42,292 nt of DNA from NCBI GenBank assembly GCA_036281015.1, contig DASUPR010000210.1:1-42292 (forward strand), read 5' to 3'. Both the position numbers and the translations under genes were made by a program. Of this stretch, positions 24,130 through 34,435 are shown in pieces. The DNA is from Pyrinomonadaceae bacterium. GTDB taxonomy: Bacteria > Acidobacteriota > Blastocatellia > Pyrinomonadales > Pyrinomonadaceae. The notes under the pieces were generated by a model that was not told the origin of the DNA, searched no databases, and was given only the letters and a program-made list of their open reading frames with translations. Each line of letters starts with the position of its first letter. Positions within the stretch are counted from its first letter, which is position 1.

Positions 24130-26184
24130 ATGACAACGGTGAAATCGATGAAGCTGACAAAAAGGTTCCTGACGCTGGCGCTGCTGGCGAACCTCTCTTT
24201 GGGACCAACCCTCGCCAGTGGCATTGCAATGGCCGCCGGCAAGGACAAGAAAAACAAGACTCTTAAAGGTCTGAAACACGACAAGATTACCTCGGACCTG
24301 CGTGAGAAGCTCGTTACGAAGAGTGGCAGCAGCATGGTTAAAGTGATCCTGCAACTCGACGGAAAACCGAGTGGTCCACTGAACGCCCTGTTAGCTTCCA
24401 ACGGCGTGAAAATCAGAAAGCAATTCACCAATCTCGACTCTTTTGCCCTCGAATTACCCCTCAACGTTGTTAATGCCCTGTCTCAGTTTCCCGAAGTTGC
24501 CTCCGTCTCGATCGATAGTGAAATTAGAACGCTTGGTGGCCATGTGGCCCATACTTCAGGCGCCGATAACGTGCGCACGATGAGTGCCGATGGCACGCTC
24601 GACGGCAGTGGTATCGGTATCGCAATTCTCGACTCCGGTATTTACGGAGCCCATACTTCATTTCTCGACATCCAAACAGGTCAATCGCGCGTCGTCGTCA
24701 ATCTTGATTTCACCGGCGAAGGCCGCACTGACGATCCATACGGTCATGGAACTCACGTAGCTGCCGCGGCTGCCGGCAACGGCATGATTTCGCGTGGCGA
24801 ATACATCGGTATCGCGCCGCGCGCAAAACTGCTGAACCTGCGTGTACTAAATTCGAAAGGCGTCGGTTCGGTTTCGGGTGTGCTGGCCGCGCTCAACTGG
24901 TTGATGCAATCTGGCGCGAACTACAACGTGCGCGTCGCCAACCTGAGTCTCGGCATGCCCGCGGTGACTTCCTACAAATTCGATCCACTGTGCATCGCCG
25001 TCCGCAAGCTCGTCGATCACGGCATCGTGGTCACTGCCGCAGCCGGCAATAATGGAAAGAACAGCGCCGGTCAGAAGATCTACGGTCAACTTCACGCGCC
25101 CGGCACCGAGCCGTCAGCGATCACGGTCGGAGCAGTTGACACCAAGGGAACAGACACGCGCGCTGACGATTCAATCGCGAGCTACAGTTCACGTGGCCCG
25201 TCGCGCAGCTTCTGGACCGACGCAAACGGCGTCAAGCATTACGACAACCTCGTCAAACCCGAGATCTCGGCGCCTGGCAACAAGACCGTATTTGCTCAGT
25301 CGCCAAACAACTACCTCGTTTCACAGAATCCGGCGCTCGACGCGGGCGTCAGCAATAATCCGACTCGCCGGCAAATGAGACTGAGCGGTACGTCGATGGC
25401 GGCTCCGCTCGTTGCGGGCACGGCCGCTTTGATGTTCGAGGCGAATCCGACTCTGACCCCGAACCTGATCAAGTCGCTCATGATGTACACCGCGCAGCAG
25501 CTTCCGAACTTCAACACGTTGGAGCAGGGTGCAGGCGAATTGAACATCGACGGCGCGGTGCGTCTCGCGAAACTCGTTCGCACTACCATCAACAGTTCGA
25601 CGGCGCTTGGCGCTTCACTGCTGACAACCACACCCCCGACCCCGCAAACCACCATCAGCATCAGCGGCGGCTCCACGACGTTCACGTGGGCGCAGGGCAT
25701 CATTCTCGGTCACACCTACGCGACCGGTACGGCGCTCATCACCAACTACCAAAAGATTTACGGCAATGGAGTGCTGCTTGGCGATGGCGTTTTGGTTGGT
25801 GACGGAGTTTTGGTTGGCGATAGCCTCGGCGTCCTCGTCGGCGATGGCGTGCTGGTTGGCGATGCGCTCGGCGTGCTCCTCGGCGATATCACCATGATTT
25901 CCGACGGCGTCCTGTTGGGCGACGCACTGCACGTCAGTAACGGCACTAGATTTGGACAGGGTGTGGTCTTCATTCCAACCGGCGTCTTGGTCGGCGACGG
26001 CGTCTTGGTCGGCGACGGAGTGCTGATTGGCGACGGCGTGCTGATCGGCGATGGTGTCTTGATAGGCGATGGCGTGCTGATCGGCGACGCAATCCTGCAA
26101 GCGTTCAACTCGATGCTCAACGGCGATCAGACCACCGAAATGGCAATCGTTCCCGACGACGACACAGACTACCTGGGCTACTAA
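24130..26184 (+). CDS. Secreted S8 (subtilisin-family) serine peptidase with a C-terminal GDGVL[VI] hexapeptide-repeat domain
   Basis: Catalytic triad motifs IAILDSGI (Asp), HGTHVAAAAAG (His) and SGTSMAAPLVAGTAAL (Ser). Signal peptide after the ATG at 24130. The last ~115 aa are hexapeptide repeats. Confidence 0.88.
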   Translation: MTTVKSMKLTKRFLTLALLANLSLGPTLASGIAMAAGKDKKNKTLKGLKHDKITSDLREKLVTKSGSSMVKVILQLDGKPSGPLNALLASNGVKIRKQFTNLDSFALELPLNVVNALSQFPEVASVSIDSEIRTLGGHVAHTSGADNVRTMSADGTLDGSGIGIAILDSGIYGAHTSFLDIQTGQSRVVVNLDFTGEGRTDDPYGHGTHVAAAAAGNGMISRGEYIGIAPRAKLLNLRVLNSKGVGSVSGVLAALNWLMQSGANYNVRVANLSLGMPAVTSYKFDPLCIAVRKLVDHGIVVTAAAGNNGKNSAGQKIYGQLHAPGTEPSAITVGAVDTKGTDTRADDSIASYSSRGPSRSFWTDANGVKHYDNLVKPEISAPGNKTVFAQSPNNYLVSQNPALDAGVSNNPTRRQMRLSGTSMAAPLVAGTAALMFEANPTLTPNLIKSLMMYTAQQLPNFNTLEQGAGELNIDGAVRLAKLVRTTINSSTALGASLLTTTPPTPQTTISISGGSTTFTWAQGIILGHTYATGTALITNYQKIYGNGVLLGDGVLVGDGVLVGDSLGVLVGDGVLVGDALGVLLGDITMISDGVLLGDALHVSNGTRFGQGVVFIPTGVLVGDGVLVGDGVLIGDGVLIGDGVLIGDGVLIGDAILQAFNSMLNGDQTTEMAIVPDDDTDYLGY
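25762..26097 (+). repeat. Two blocks of in-frame 18-bp tandem repeats encoding G-D-G-V-L-[VI]
   Basis: Examples are GGCGACGGCGTCTTGGTC x2, then GGCGACGGAGTGCTGATT, GGCGACGGCGTGCTGATC and GGCGATGGTGTCTTGATA. The blocks run about 25762..25917 and 25978..26097. Confidence 0.9.
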
Positions 26185-26236
26185 GTTATACGCCCTTAAC
26201 TGGAACCCCCGGAACTACGGTCGGAGACGCAGACGA

Positions 26237-27154
26237 ATGTTACACGTACGCACAGCACCCAGAGCCAACGAGTTCAGCCACGAACTGGCGCCGAAGGTCG
26301 ACACGATTTCCGTCGATTGCCTCGTGAACGACGACGAACGAGAGGTGCTCGAGTTCCTGGCCCAAAGGCCGATTCACACCGTGACGATGATGAGCATGAT
26401 TCACGACAACGGCATCGTCAGCCCGCTCAACCGCGGAACGTTCTACGGCTGCCGCGACATGAACGGAAAGCTCGAAGGCGTCGCACTCGTCGGTCACGCA
26501 ACGTTGATGGAAACAGTTTCAGATCGTGCGTTGGCGGCGTTGGCCCAGGTGGCCCAGCAATGCGCGAACACCCACATGATCATGGGGGAAAAAGAACGCG
26601 TCGCCGATTTTTGGGGTCACTACGCGGCGGCCGGACGCCGGCAACGGCTTGCCTGTCGCGAGTGGTTGTATGAGTTGAGCTGGCCCATCGAAGCGCGCAA
26701 ACCGGTTGCGGGTTTGAGACGCGCGACGTCCGCCGAGTTGGAACTGGTGATGCCCGTTCAGGCGGAGCTCGCGTTCGTGGAAAGCGGAGTCAACCCCTTG
26801 CAGGTTGATCCGGAAGGTTTTCGCAAGCGTTGCTTGCGTCGTATCGAACAAGGCCGAACCTGGGTGGTCGTTGAAAACGGCGAATTGATCTTCAAGGCAG
26901 ACGTGATTTCGCGCACCCGCGAAGTCAACTATCTCGAAGGCATCTGGATCCGCGAAGAGCGCCGCGCCGATGGTACCGGTTTGCGCTTCATGTCTGACCT
27001 GATGCGTCGCCTGCTCCAAGAGACCAAATCGATCTGCCTCCTCGTGAATGAAACAAACAAGCTTGCGCAAAGTTTTTATCGCAAGTGCGGTTTTCACTTT
27101 CGCGCCACTTACGAAACCATCTTTCTCCCAAGAATGGAGCAGGCGCAAAACTAA
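26237..27154 (+). CDS. GNAT-family N-acetyltransferase (two-domain)
   Basis: 305 aa. The C-terminal acetyl-CoA-binding-like region ..RADGTGLRFMSDLMRRLL...ICLLVNETNKLAQSFYRKCGF.. fits the family. Confidence 0.6.
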   Translation: MLHVRTAPRANEFSHELAPKVDTISVDCLVNDDEREVLEFLAQRPIHTVTMMSMIHDNGIVSPLNRGTFYGCRDMNGKLEGVALVGHATLMETVSDRALAALAQVAQQCANTHMIMGEKERVADFWGHYAAAGRRQRLACREWLYELSWPIEARKPVAGLRRATSAELELVMPVQAELAFVESGVNPLQVDPEGFRKRCLRRIEQGRTWVVVENGELIFKADVISRTREVNYLEGIWIREERRADGTGLRFMSDLMRRLLQETKSICLLVNETNKLAQSFYRKCGFHFRATYETIFLPRMEQAQN

Positions 27155-27221
27155 ATACTCTATTCCCCCGATCTGCCCTGATTAAGGTAGCCCAGAAGCC
27201 TCACCTTGATCACAAATCGCA

Positions 27222-29201
27222 ATGTCAGACCTTGGCACCACAAGAAACAGATTCTTCGGGCCATTCCTCTGGGTCGTAACTGGAACCGGCTGCCTCGCTT
27301 TTCTCTACTCCATCGCGCGACTCGACCTCGCGGCGATTGACTCCCGTTTCGGCCTGCTCGTCGCGATGACGTTGCTGCTGACCTCACGCATCACCATTCC
27401 GATTCCCCGTTTCAGTTCGCAGATCTCGGTTTCTGACACGTTTGTATTTCTGATCCTCCTGCTTTACGGCGCGCCGGCGGCAATCATCGTGGGCGCTATC
27501 GAAGCTTTCCTGTCGTCGCTTCGCTTCACGCGCAAATCGAAAATCATAGCGTTCAACTGGGCCAGCGCTGCAGTGTCGATCTTCATCACCAGCAGTGTGA
27601 TCGAAGCGCTGTTTGGCCATGTGGTTGCACTGCGTGCGCATCCGTTTACCGTGCGTTTTGCGACCGCCATCGGCACGATGGCGCTGACGCATTACGCGGC
27701 CAATTCAGGCATCGTCGCGATTGGCGCCGCACTGAAAACAAATCAGCCGATCTGGCAGACCTGGAACAAACACTATCTCTGGACTTCGATTACCTACTTC
27801 GCCGGCGCGTTCGCGGCCGGCGTGATCACCGCACTGGTCTACTTCATCGGCGCGTACGCGTTTGTCGTGACCCTGCCCATCATCGCCATCGTCTTTCTCA
27901 CCTACCGCACCTATCTCAAACACGTCGAAACCTCAGCCGCGCAGGCAGACCTCGCCGAGAAGCACGTCAAGGAACTCTCGCACTACATCACCGAACAGGA
28001 ACGCATCCGCGAACAGTTTTCTCAAATGGAAAAACTCTCCGCACTCGGCGAGCTTGCTTCCGGTGTCGCACACGATTTCAACAACACACTCGCCGGCATT
28101 CTCGGCCGCGCTCAACTACTCCAACGGACCGACGACCCGGAAAAACTCCGCCGCGGTCTCGACATCATCATCAAAACCGCCGAAGACGGCGCGAAGACCG
28201 TAAAACGAATTCAGGACTTCGCGCGCCAGCGGCGCGATCACAATTTCGAGCTCGTCTCGATCGACCAGATCCTGATGGACGCGAGCGAGATCACGCGGCC
28301 ACGCTGGAAAAACTGCGCCGAAGCCTCAAACATCCACATCAGTCTCGATCTGGAAATCGATTCGAACGCGATGGTGATGGGCGACGATTCGGAGTTGCGC
28401 GAAGTGCTCGTCAACATGGTCTTCAACGCCGTCGACGCGATGCCGGAAGGCGGGACGCTGACGTTATCCAGCCGCACGGCCGGCGAACAGGTCGTGATCA
28501 AAGTCGCGGACACCGGCGTCGGCATGTATCCCGAAGTGCGTTCGCGTATCTTCGATCCGTTCTTCACTACAAAAGGCACAGCGGGTCTCGGGCTGGGTCT
28601 GGCTGTCAGTTTCGGAATCATCCGGCGGCACAGTGGCAACATCGAAGTCGAGTCGCAATACGGCAAGGGCACGGAGTTTCGCATCTCGCTGCCAGTCGCG
28701 AAGATCGCCGAGACACCGATCGTCAAACGCGAACTGGCGGTTGAAACTCCCGAACCGACGCCCCTCATCGCGGCTACGTCAACGGCCACACTTCCACCCG
28801 CAAGATTGCTCGTCGTCGACGACGAAGACTTCGTGCGCGAACTGTTAAGTGAGATTCTCGAAGGCGAACACTGCGAAGTCGAGTTGGCCCAGGACGGAAC
28901 TGAAGCGCTTGCGCTCTTCCGTGAACGAGAGTTTGACGGCGTGTTTACCGACGTCGGTATGCCGGGAATGAGCGGCTGGGAACTGGCGCGCGAGATTCGC
29001 CAGGTCAACCAGACCATTCCCATCGCCATCATCACCGGCTGGGGCGAGATCGTCGGATCAAATGAGCAACGCGCCGCGGGCGTCGATTGGGTAATCGCCA
29101 AGCCGTTCACGGCAGATCGGATCGCGGAGCTCGTCCGCGAGATCAATTGCCGTCAAGCCGCAGCCGCGCGGGTAGAAAATGTCTCAACTGTAGCGGCTTA
29201 G
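27222..29201 (+). CDS. Hybrid sensor histidine kinase / response regulator with a multi-TM N-terminal sensor
   Basis: About 6-7 TM helices. H-box ELASGVAHDFNNTLAGILG, N/G boxes (NMVFNAVDAM.., DTGVGM.., GLGLGLAVS), and a C-terminal receiver (LLVVDDEDFV...FTDVGMPGMSG..). Confidence 0.88.
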   Translation: MSDLGTTRNRFFGPFLWVVTGTGCLAFLYSIARLDLAAIDSRFGLLVAMTLLLTSRITIPIPRFSSQISVSDTFVFLILLLYGAPAAIIVGAIEAFLSSLRFTRKSKIIAFNWASAAVSIFITSSVIEALFGHVVALRAHPFTVRFATAIGTMALTHYAANSGIVAIGAALKTNQPIWQTWNKHYLWTSITYFAGAFAAGVITALVYFIGAYAFVVTLPIIAIVFLTYRTYLKHVETSAAQADLAEKHVKELSHYITEQERIREQFSQMEKLSALGELASGVAHDFNNTLAGILGRAQLLQRTDDPEKLRRGLDIIIKTAEDGAKTVKRIQDFARQRRDHNFELVSIDQILMDASEITRPRWKNCAEASNIHISLDLEIDSNAMVMGDDSELREVLVNMVFNAVDAMPEGGTLTLSSRTAGEQVVIKVADTGVGMYPEVRSRIFDPFFTTKGTAGLGLGLAVSFGIIRRHSGNIEVESQYGKGTEFRISLPVAKIAETPIVKRELAVETPEPTPLIAATSTATLPPARLLVVDDEDFVRELLSEILEGEHCEVELAQDGTEALALFREREFDGVFTDVGMPGMSGWELAREIRQVNQTIPIAIITGWGEIVGSNEQRAAGVDWVIAKPFTADRIAELVREINCRQAAAARVENVSTVAA

Positions 29202-29202
29202 A

Positions 29203-29577
29203 TCAGCCGCTTGTTCTGTGCCGGTATTCGACGGCGCGCTTCACACTTTCCTCCACCACTTCTAAACGAAACGGTTTCAGCAGGTAATCAAACGCGCCGA
29301 GACTGATCAGGCTTTGCGCCTGCTCCTGATCCGTCAATCCGGAAACCATGATTACGGGTGTGCCGGGATAACGCTCCAGCACGCGCGTGAGTAATTCGCT
29401 GCCACTAAGTCCTGGCATTGTAATGTCTGTCAGAACAACGTCGAAAGATCGGGCTTCCAACTTTCGCAGTGCGTCCTCTGCGGTGTTTGCCTGCTCGCAG
29501 TTGTGGTCCACGGCAAGCAATTCGCAGAGGGTGTCGCGGATCACATCGTCGTCATCCACGACCAGGATATCAGCCAT
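29203..29577 (-). CDS. Single-domain (CheY-like) response regulator
   Basis: 124 aa. Motifs ILVVDDDDVIR.., ..DVVLTDITMPGLSG.., ..SGL.., ..GAFDYLLKPF. Confidence 0.88.
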   Translation of the reverse strand: MADILVVDDDDVIRDTLCELLAVDHNCEQANTAEDALRKLEARSFDVVLTDITMPGLSGSELLTRVLERYPGTPVIMVSGLTDQEQAQSLISLGAFDYLLKPFRLEVVEESVKRAVEYRHRTSG

Positions 29578-29750
29578 GTTTGGCCCTCCACTGTTTACCC
29601 AAGGCGTCCGCTGGGCAACGGAGGACGTCGAGACGTCACCTTGATCTGTTTTTTCTGTGAGGCAAACTTGAGGGGTCGCCGCGCGCGAATGATAACACGA
29701 AACGCTACGGATGTTTCTGCTTGTGTTATGCTTCCGCGGGAGTTTGATGG

Positions 29751-30188
29751 ATGACGACGACGAAAGCGGTAGTGAAATTCGTTGAAGACGATCTCTTTGT
29801 CGGCATCACGCCCGGCGGACGAGCGATCGTGCTCGATACAAACTCGCAACGCTCATCCGGGCCATCGCCGGTCGAACTGCTGCTCGTCGCACTCGGCTCG
29901 TGTACCGCGACAGACGTTGCTTCGATTCTCAAAAAGAAACGTCAGCACGTCACGAGTTACACCGTCGAGATCACCGGCGAACGCCGCGACGAGTACCCGC
30001 GCAGTTACACGTCGATGAAGGTCCATCACATTCTCACCGGCCGCTCGATCTCCCCGAACGCCGTCGCGCACGCGATCGAACTTTCCGAAACGAAGTATTG
30101 CAGCGTCGCCGACACGCTGAGACCGAAAGTAGAAATCCAAACCACGTTTGAAATCATCGAAGAACCGCGTGAATCATCCGGGGAGTAA
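29751..30188 (+). CDS. OsmC/Ohr-family protein
   Basis: 145 aa. PSPVELLLVALGSCTATDV and ..SETKYCSVADTL.. supply the two conserved Cys. Confidence 0.8.
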   Translation: MTTTKAVVKFVEDDLFVGITPGGRAIVLDTNSQRSSGPSPVELLLVALGSCTATDVASILKKKRQHVTSYTVEITGERRDEYPRSYTSMKVHHILTGRSISPNAVAHAIELSETKYCSVADTLRPKVEIQTTFEIIEEPRESSGE

Positions 30189-30197
30189 ATCAAGCAA

Positions 30198-31607
30198 GTG
30201 TTGAAGAAGATTGCCGCCGTTTTTAGTCTTTCTCTCCTGGTAACAGTACAAAGCTCGTCGCAGTCGGCTCGTGATACGACGCTGTCGAACGTGCGGCAAA
30301 GCGACGCTGCCGGGCGTTCTGCTGACGGAAGTGTTCCGAAGCTTGCGCCGGCCGAACACATGCGCCGCGCGAGTGTTTACCTCGGGAACCGCGCGTTTCC
30401 GGAAGCGCGCGCCCATTGGCAGGCGCTGCTCGACAACTACCCGCAGGACCCGCGTGCGGCGGAAGCGTTGCTCGGCATCGGCCGCTCGTACTTCCTGAGC
30501 AAGGTCTATCAGGACGGCTACGTGGTCTTCAACGAGCTGGTCCAGAAGTATCCGGGCACGAAAGAAGCGCGCGAGGCTTTGAACTACAGCGCCGCTTCCC
30601 TGCTGCGCATGGGCAAGTTTTCCGAGTCCGCGGCGCGCTATGAGGAGTACATCAATCGTCACCCGAACGGCGAACGCATCGACACCGCGCACCTGAACAT
30701 GATCGACACGTTGCGCGAAGCGAATCGTCCCGCTGACGCGATGGTCTGGGTTACAAAGACGAGACAACGATTTGCCGGCAGCGCGACGGAGACGAACGCG
30801 ATGTTTGGGGCGCTGCGTCTACACGTTTCCGAAGGCGAGTGGTCCAAGGCTGTCACGATGGCTGACCAGTTGTCGCAACGAACGTTTGCGAAAGCGGTGC
30901 AGACTTCGCGTTCGGAAGTCGCGTATCTCAAAGCTTTCAGTCTCGAACAAGCGGATCGGAAAAACGAAGCGTTCTCGGCGTATCTCGCCGTCCCTGATTC
31001 GATCGACTCGTATTACGGTTGGCTGGCGACCCAAAGGCTTGCAGCATTAGCGGGCAAAGAGCGGTCGGAGCTCGTGAGCGAGCGTGAAGCTCGGGTGAAC
31101 TCCGCAATTGCCAACATCGCCAACACGTATCCGGCGCCGTATCGACAGGCGATACTCAGCGCCTCAAAAGTGCGCAAACTCGATCCACGTTTCATTCTCG
31201 CGCTGATGCGGCAGGAGAGTGTCTTCAAGCCGTTCGCAAAATCTCCGGCGGGTGCACGCGGACTTTTGCAACTCACGCTCGATACGGCCCAGAAGTACGC
31301 GCCGGCCGCAGGTCTGAATTCATTGCGTGAGAATCAGCTCTACCAACCCGAAACTTCGATAATGCTCGGCGCCGAGTATCTCGAACACCTGACGCAAATG
31401 TTTCCTGACATGCTCGAGCCTGTGGCCGCGTCGTACAACGGCGGCGAAGACAACGTCACGCGCTGGCTCGAACGCGCCGGGCACAAAGACCGCGGAGTTT
31501 TCACGGCAGAAATTGGGTTCGACGAAACCAAAGGCTACGTCCAAAAAGTGATGTCGAACTACCGCGTCTATCGCCAGCTCTACACCGCGGACCTAATCCG
31601 CAGGTAA
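30198..31607 (+). CDS. Lytic transglycosylase (Slt-like) with N-terminal TPR-like repeats
   Basis: Signal peptide. C-terminal SLT domain: ..ALMRQESVFKPFAKSPAGARGLLQLT.. (catalytic Glu) and ..AASYNGGEDNV.. Confidence 0.82.
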   Translation: MLKKIAAVFSLSLLVTVQSSSQSARDTTLSNVRQSDAAGRSADGSVPKLAPAEHMRRASVYLGNRAFPEARAHWQALLDNYPQDPRAAEALLGIGRSYFLSKVYQDGYVVFNELVQKYPGTKEAREALNYSAASLLRMGKFSESAARYEEYINRHPNGERIDTAHLNMIDTLREANRPADAMVWVTKTRQRFAGSATETNAMFGALRLHVSEGEWSKAVTMADQLSQRTFAKAVQTSRSEVAYLKAFSLEQADRKNEAFSAYLAVPDSIDSYYGWLATQRLAALAGKERSELVSEREARVNSAIANIANTYPAPYRQAILSASKVRKLDPRFILALMRQESVFKPFAKSPAGARGLLQLTLDTAQKYAPAAGLNSLRENQLYQPETSIMLGAEYLEHLTQMFPDMLEPVAASYNGGEDNVTRWLERAGHKDRGVFTAEIGFDETKGYVQKVMSNYRVYRQLYTADLIRR

Positions 31608-31625
31608 TCGGCTTTTGATTCCCGG

Positions 31626-32399
31626 TTACGGCTCCGGACAGAAGCGCCCGTCACGGGAATACTTATATCTAACAGTCAACTCTGCGGCCGGGTTGGAATC
31701 GAGATCCATATCGATACTTCTAACGTCGTGTCTCACGGAACGTCCGATTCCGGTTGCAGCCTTGCTGTTTCCTGTCGCGGCGGCGCGATCGCGCGATGCC
31801 TCGGCACGTAATTCCGGTTCCGCAGCCGGGACCGGCCCGGAAGTGTCGACCTGTCCTCTCGTGATCGGTATCCCTCGCCTTCGTTCACGGAAAAACACCG
31901 CCGTGATCACGCCGATGTTAGCTTTCCTTCCCAGCTTCGCCGCATACGAATCGCGCTCGGTCGTGAAGTAAAAACGCCGCGCCCGTTCAGAGCTCATCTG
32001 CCAGCCACTGATCGTGATCGTTTGGTACGGTTCGATGACCCACTTGCTGGCGTTCCACGCGGACGTCTGTTCCGCGTCGATCGTGTTGAGCCCATCAACC
32101 GAAAGCGCGACAGCCACGCGATCCGGCAACGGATTGCGCAGGCGCAGTTCGTACTCCGCGCCTTGCAGTGCATTCACGTACACGCGGCCACTTTCGCGAT
32201 ATTCGGTCAGTGGCCGACCATCGACCACTATGTCCAGCTCAAAGTTCGGATACCGGACGCGTTTGCCGGTGATTACGCGTTCGGATTGTGAGCCCTGCGG
32301 GGCCGCCCGGGTGCTCCGGAGCAGGACGGCAGTGCCGGCGCCAAGTAGCGCAGTCAGTAGAAATGTTGCTCCGGCCAGGGTCCAAAGAAGTCGCCTCAT
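31626..32399 (-). CDS. Hypothetical secreted protein
   Basis: 257 aa with a signal peptide (MRRLLWTLAGATFLLTALLGAG). No motif recognised. Confidence 0.5.
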   Translation of the reverse strand: MRRLLWTLAGATFLLTALLGAGTAVLLRSTRAAPQGSQSERVITGKRVRYPNFELDIVVDGRPLTEYRESGRVYVNALQGAEYELRLRNPLPDRVAVALSVDGLNTIDAEQTSAWNASKWVIEPYQTITISGWQMSSERARRFYFTTERDSYAAKLGRKANIGVITAVFFRERRRGIPITRGQVDTSGPVPAAEPELRAEASRDRAAATGNSKAATGIGRSVRHDVRSIDMDLDSNPAAELTVRYKYSRDGRFCPEP

Positions 32400-32622
32400 G
32401 AGACCTGTTCCTCCGTGAAAAATTACCCATCAAACCAAAGAACGGCGCTGTGGAGCGGTTCTTGCGGGTAAAGGTTGCCGGAGGTCAATAACTGTAAGTA
32501 TTGTCAGTGTTTGGATTTTCGGTTGAGTAATGATGGCCGGGACGCTATTATGGCCCGAGCCAATCCGGGATGAAATAACTGACAGACGAATCCGTAACTG
32601 AGGTGAGGCTTAAGAGAAGCTC

Positions 32623-33273
32623 ATGGAGTATGCCTTAACTGCAACCAAAACCAAGGCTCGCGCGGGCTCTTACTACGACCGGATCGCCCGGTTCTATGAT
32701 CTGACCTTCAAGTTGAACGGTTACGGCCGCGCGCTGGATCAGTACTTCGAGACTCATCCGCTGCCCGTTTCCCGGGGCGCGCACATACTCGACGCCGGCT
32801 GTGGCACCGGGTTGTTGACGCTCGCTTTATTGCGTGCGATCCGCTTTCCGGTAGCGCTCACGGCGCTGGATCTTTCGTCGACGTCAGTTGCCGCAGCGCG
32901 CAAGGCGCTCTATTACAGTCCGGGAAGAAAACGCGACGTCACTTTTGCTCAAGGCAATCTCTTGTGCCTGCCGTTTGCCGACGAGTCAGTCGACCTGGTG
33001 GTCACTTCAGGCGCGCTCGAATACGTGAAGCTTGAGGATGGGCTGACAGAGCTCGCGCGCGTGATCGCGCCCGGCGGTCATCTACTTCACCTGCCGATCC
33101 ATCCGAGCGCGGTTGGCATCCTGCTCGAGATCCTATTCCGCTTCAAGAGTCATCCGCCGAAGGAAGTGAAGGAGCAGACTGAAAAGCACTTCCGCATCAT
33201 TCATCAGTATCGCTTCCCGCGTAAGGAAGCGATCGGCTGGAGCAAGACCGCGATTCTCGCGCAAAAAATTTAA
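32623..33273 (+). CDS. Class I SAM-dependent methyltransferase
   Basis: Motif I ILDAGCGTGLLTLAL; later ..VDLVVTSGALEYV.. and ..LKPGG-like (IAPGGHLL). Confidence 0.8.
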   Translation: MEYALTATKTKARAGSYYDRIARFYDLTFKLNGYGRALDQYFETHPLPVSRGAHILDAGCGTGLLTLALLRAIRFPVALTALDLSSTSVAAARKALYYSPGRKRDVTFAQGNLLCLPFADESVDLVVTSGALEYVKLEDGLTELARVIAPGGHLLHLPIHPSAVGILLEILFRFKSHPPKEVKEQTEKHFRIIHQYRFPRKEAIGWSKTAILAQKI

Positions 33274-34419
33274 TTAAGATCCCGCGGGTACCAACCTCAA
33301 TATTCGATCGTCATCTGTGGCCGGCTTTCCACGTCCGTCTCGATTCGACGTTGAAAAATACAAATACCCATCCGGTCCTTCTTCTACCTCACGAATGCGG
33401 CCGTAGTCTTTAATTAAATCTTCCTGACGAACAACGCGTCGTCCGTCCAGCTCAACTCGAATCAATCTCTCGCCACGCAAACAGCCAAAGAAAAAGTTTC
33501 CCTTGAAACGCGGTAACGCGTCGCCGCGATAGAACGCGCCGCTCGCAGGCGCGCACGCCGGTGTGTATTCGAGCAGCGGCGGTTCGGTTCCGGCTCGCGT
33601 CTCCTGGTGATGGACCAGCGGCCAACCGTAGTTCTTGCCGCGCTCGACGATGTTGACTTCGTCTCCGCCTCCCGGGCCGTCGAACCCGCTTGGTCCATGT
33701 TCCGTCTGGAACATCAGATTGGTGCCCGGTTGCCAATCCATTCCCTGTGCATTGCGATGACCGTAGGACCAGATTTCCGGCCGGGCGTTCTGTTGTCCGA
33801 CGAATGGATTGTCTTGCGGTACTGAGCCGTCGTCGTTCAGTCGTAACGTTTTGCCGGCAAGTGAATCGAGACGTTGGGCCAACTGGCGATCGGTTGCATC
33901 GCCGGTCGTGATGTAGAGCTTCCCATCGGGACCGAAGCGAATCCGGCAACCGGCGTGATACTGCGCCGCGGGAATGTTCTCGATGATGGCCGTGCGATCG
34001 ACAAGACCTTCGGGCGTCTCTCGGTAACGGGCGACGCGTACCTTGTCGACTGCGTATGCATACGCGATGTAGATGAAACGATTGCTGTTGAACTGTGGAT
34101 GCAACGCGAGACCCATCAAACCACTCTCGCCCGTCGATTCAACGTCCGGCACAACAAACAACGGCTGCGGCCGCAGAGTTCCCTTTTCGATAACTCGCAC
34201 TCTTCCCGGCCGCTCCGTGAAAATCAACCGGCCGTCTGGCGTCCAAACGAAGGACCACGGCACTTCCAGGCCACCGGCGACCTTCTCAACTTTGAAACTG
34301 GTGTTTGCTTGTGCGGAACTTACAACTTCGCCTGCGCCGCGTCCCTGAGGCGGTCTGTCGCAAGCCAGGCAGAAAACGACTGTGAGGGCGAAAAGAAAGA
34401 GCCAATTGTTTGATGACAC
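33274..34419 (-). CDS. PQQ-dependent sugar (glucose/sorbosone) dehydrogenase, beta-propeller, probable lipoprotein
   Basis: Motifs ..GGLEVPWSFVWTPDGRLIFTERPGRVRVI.., ..ESGLMGLALHP.., ..HAGCRIRFGPDGKLY.., ..YGHRN.QG.. I trimmed the start to the GTG at 34419 (VSSNNWLFLFALTVVFCLAC lipobox, AAGGGG SD). The longer track ORF would overlap the CBS gene. Confidence 0.8.
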   Translation of the reverse strand: MSSNNWLFLFALTVVFCLACDRPPQGRGAGEVVSSAQANTSFKVEKVAGGLEVPWSFVWTPDGRLIFTERPGRVRVIEKGTLRPQPLFVVPDVESTGESGLMGLALHPQFNSNRFIYIAYAYAVDKVRVARYRETPEGLVDRTAIIENIPAAQYHAGCRIRFGPDGKLYITTGDATDRQLAQRLDSLAGKTLRLNDDGSVPQDNPFVGQQNARPEIWSYGHRNAQGMDWQPGTNLMFQTEHGPSGFDGPGGGDEVNIVERGKNYGWPLVHHQETRAGTEPPLLEYTPACAPASGAFYRGDALPRFKGNFFFGCLRGERLIRVELDGRRVVRQEDLIKDYGRIREVEEGPDGYLYFSTSNRDGRGKPATDDDRILRLVPAGS

Positions 34420-34435
34420 GAAAACCCCTTGGTAC

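Noticed and set aside
25758-26120. Minus-strand SPTKTP-repeat ORFs antisense to the subtilase C-terminus
   Set aside because: Antisense artefact of the GDGVLV-encoding repeat. The plus frame is continuous with a complete S8 catalytic domain.
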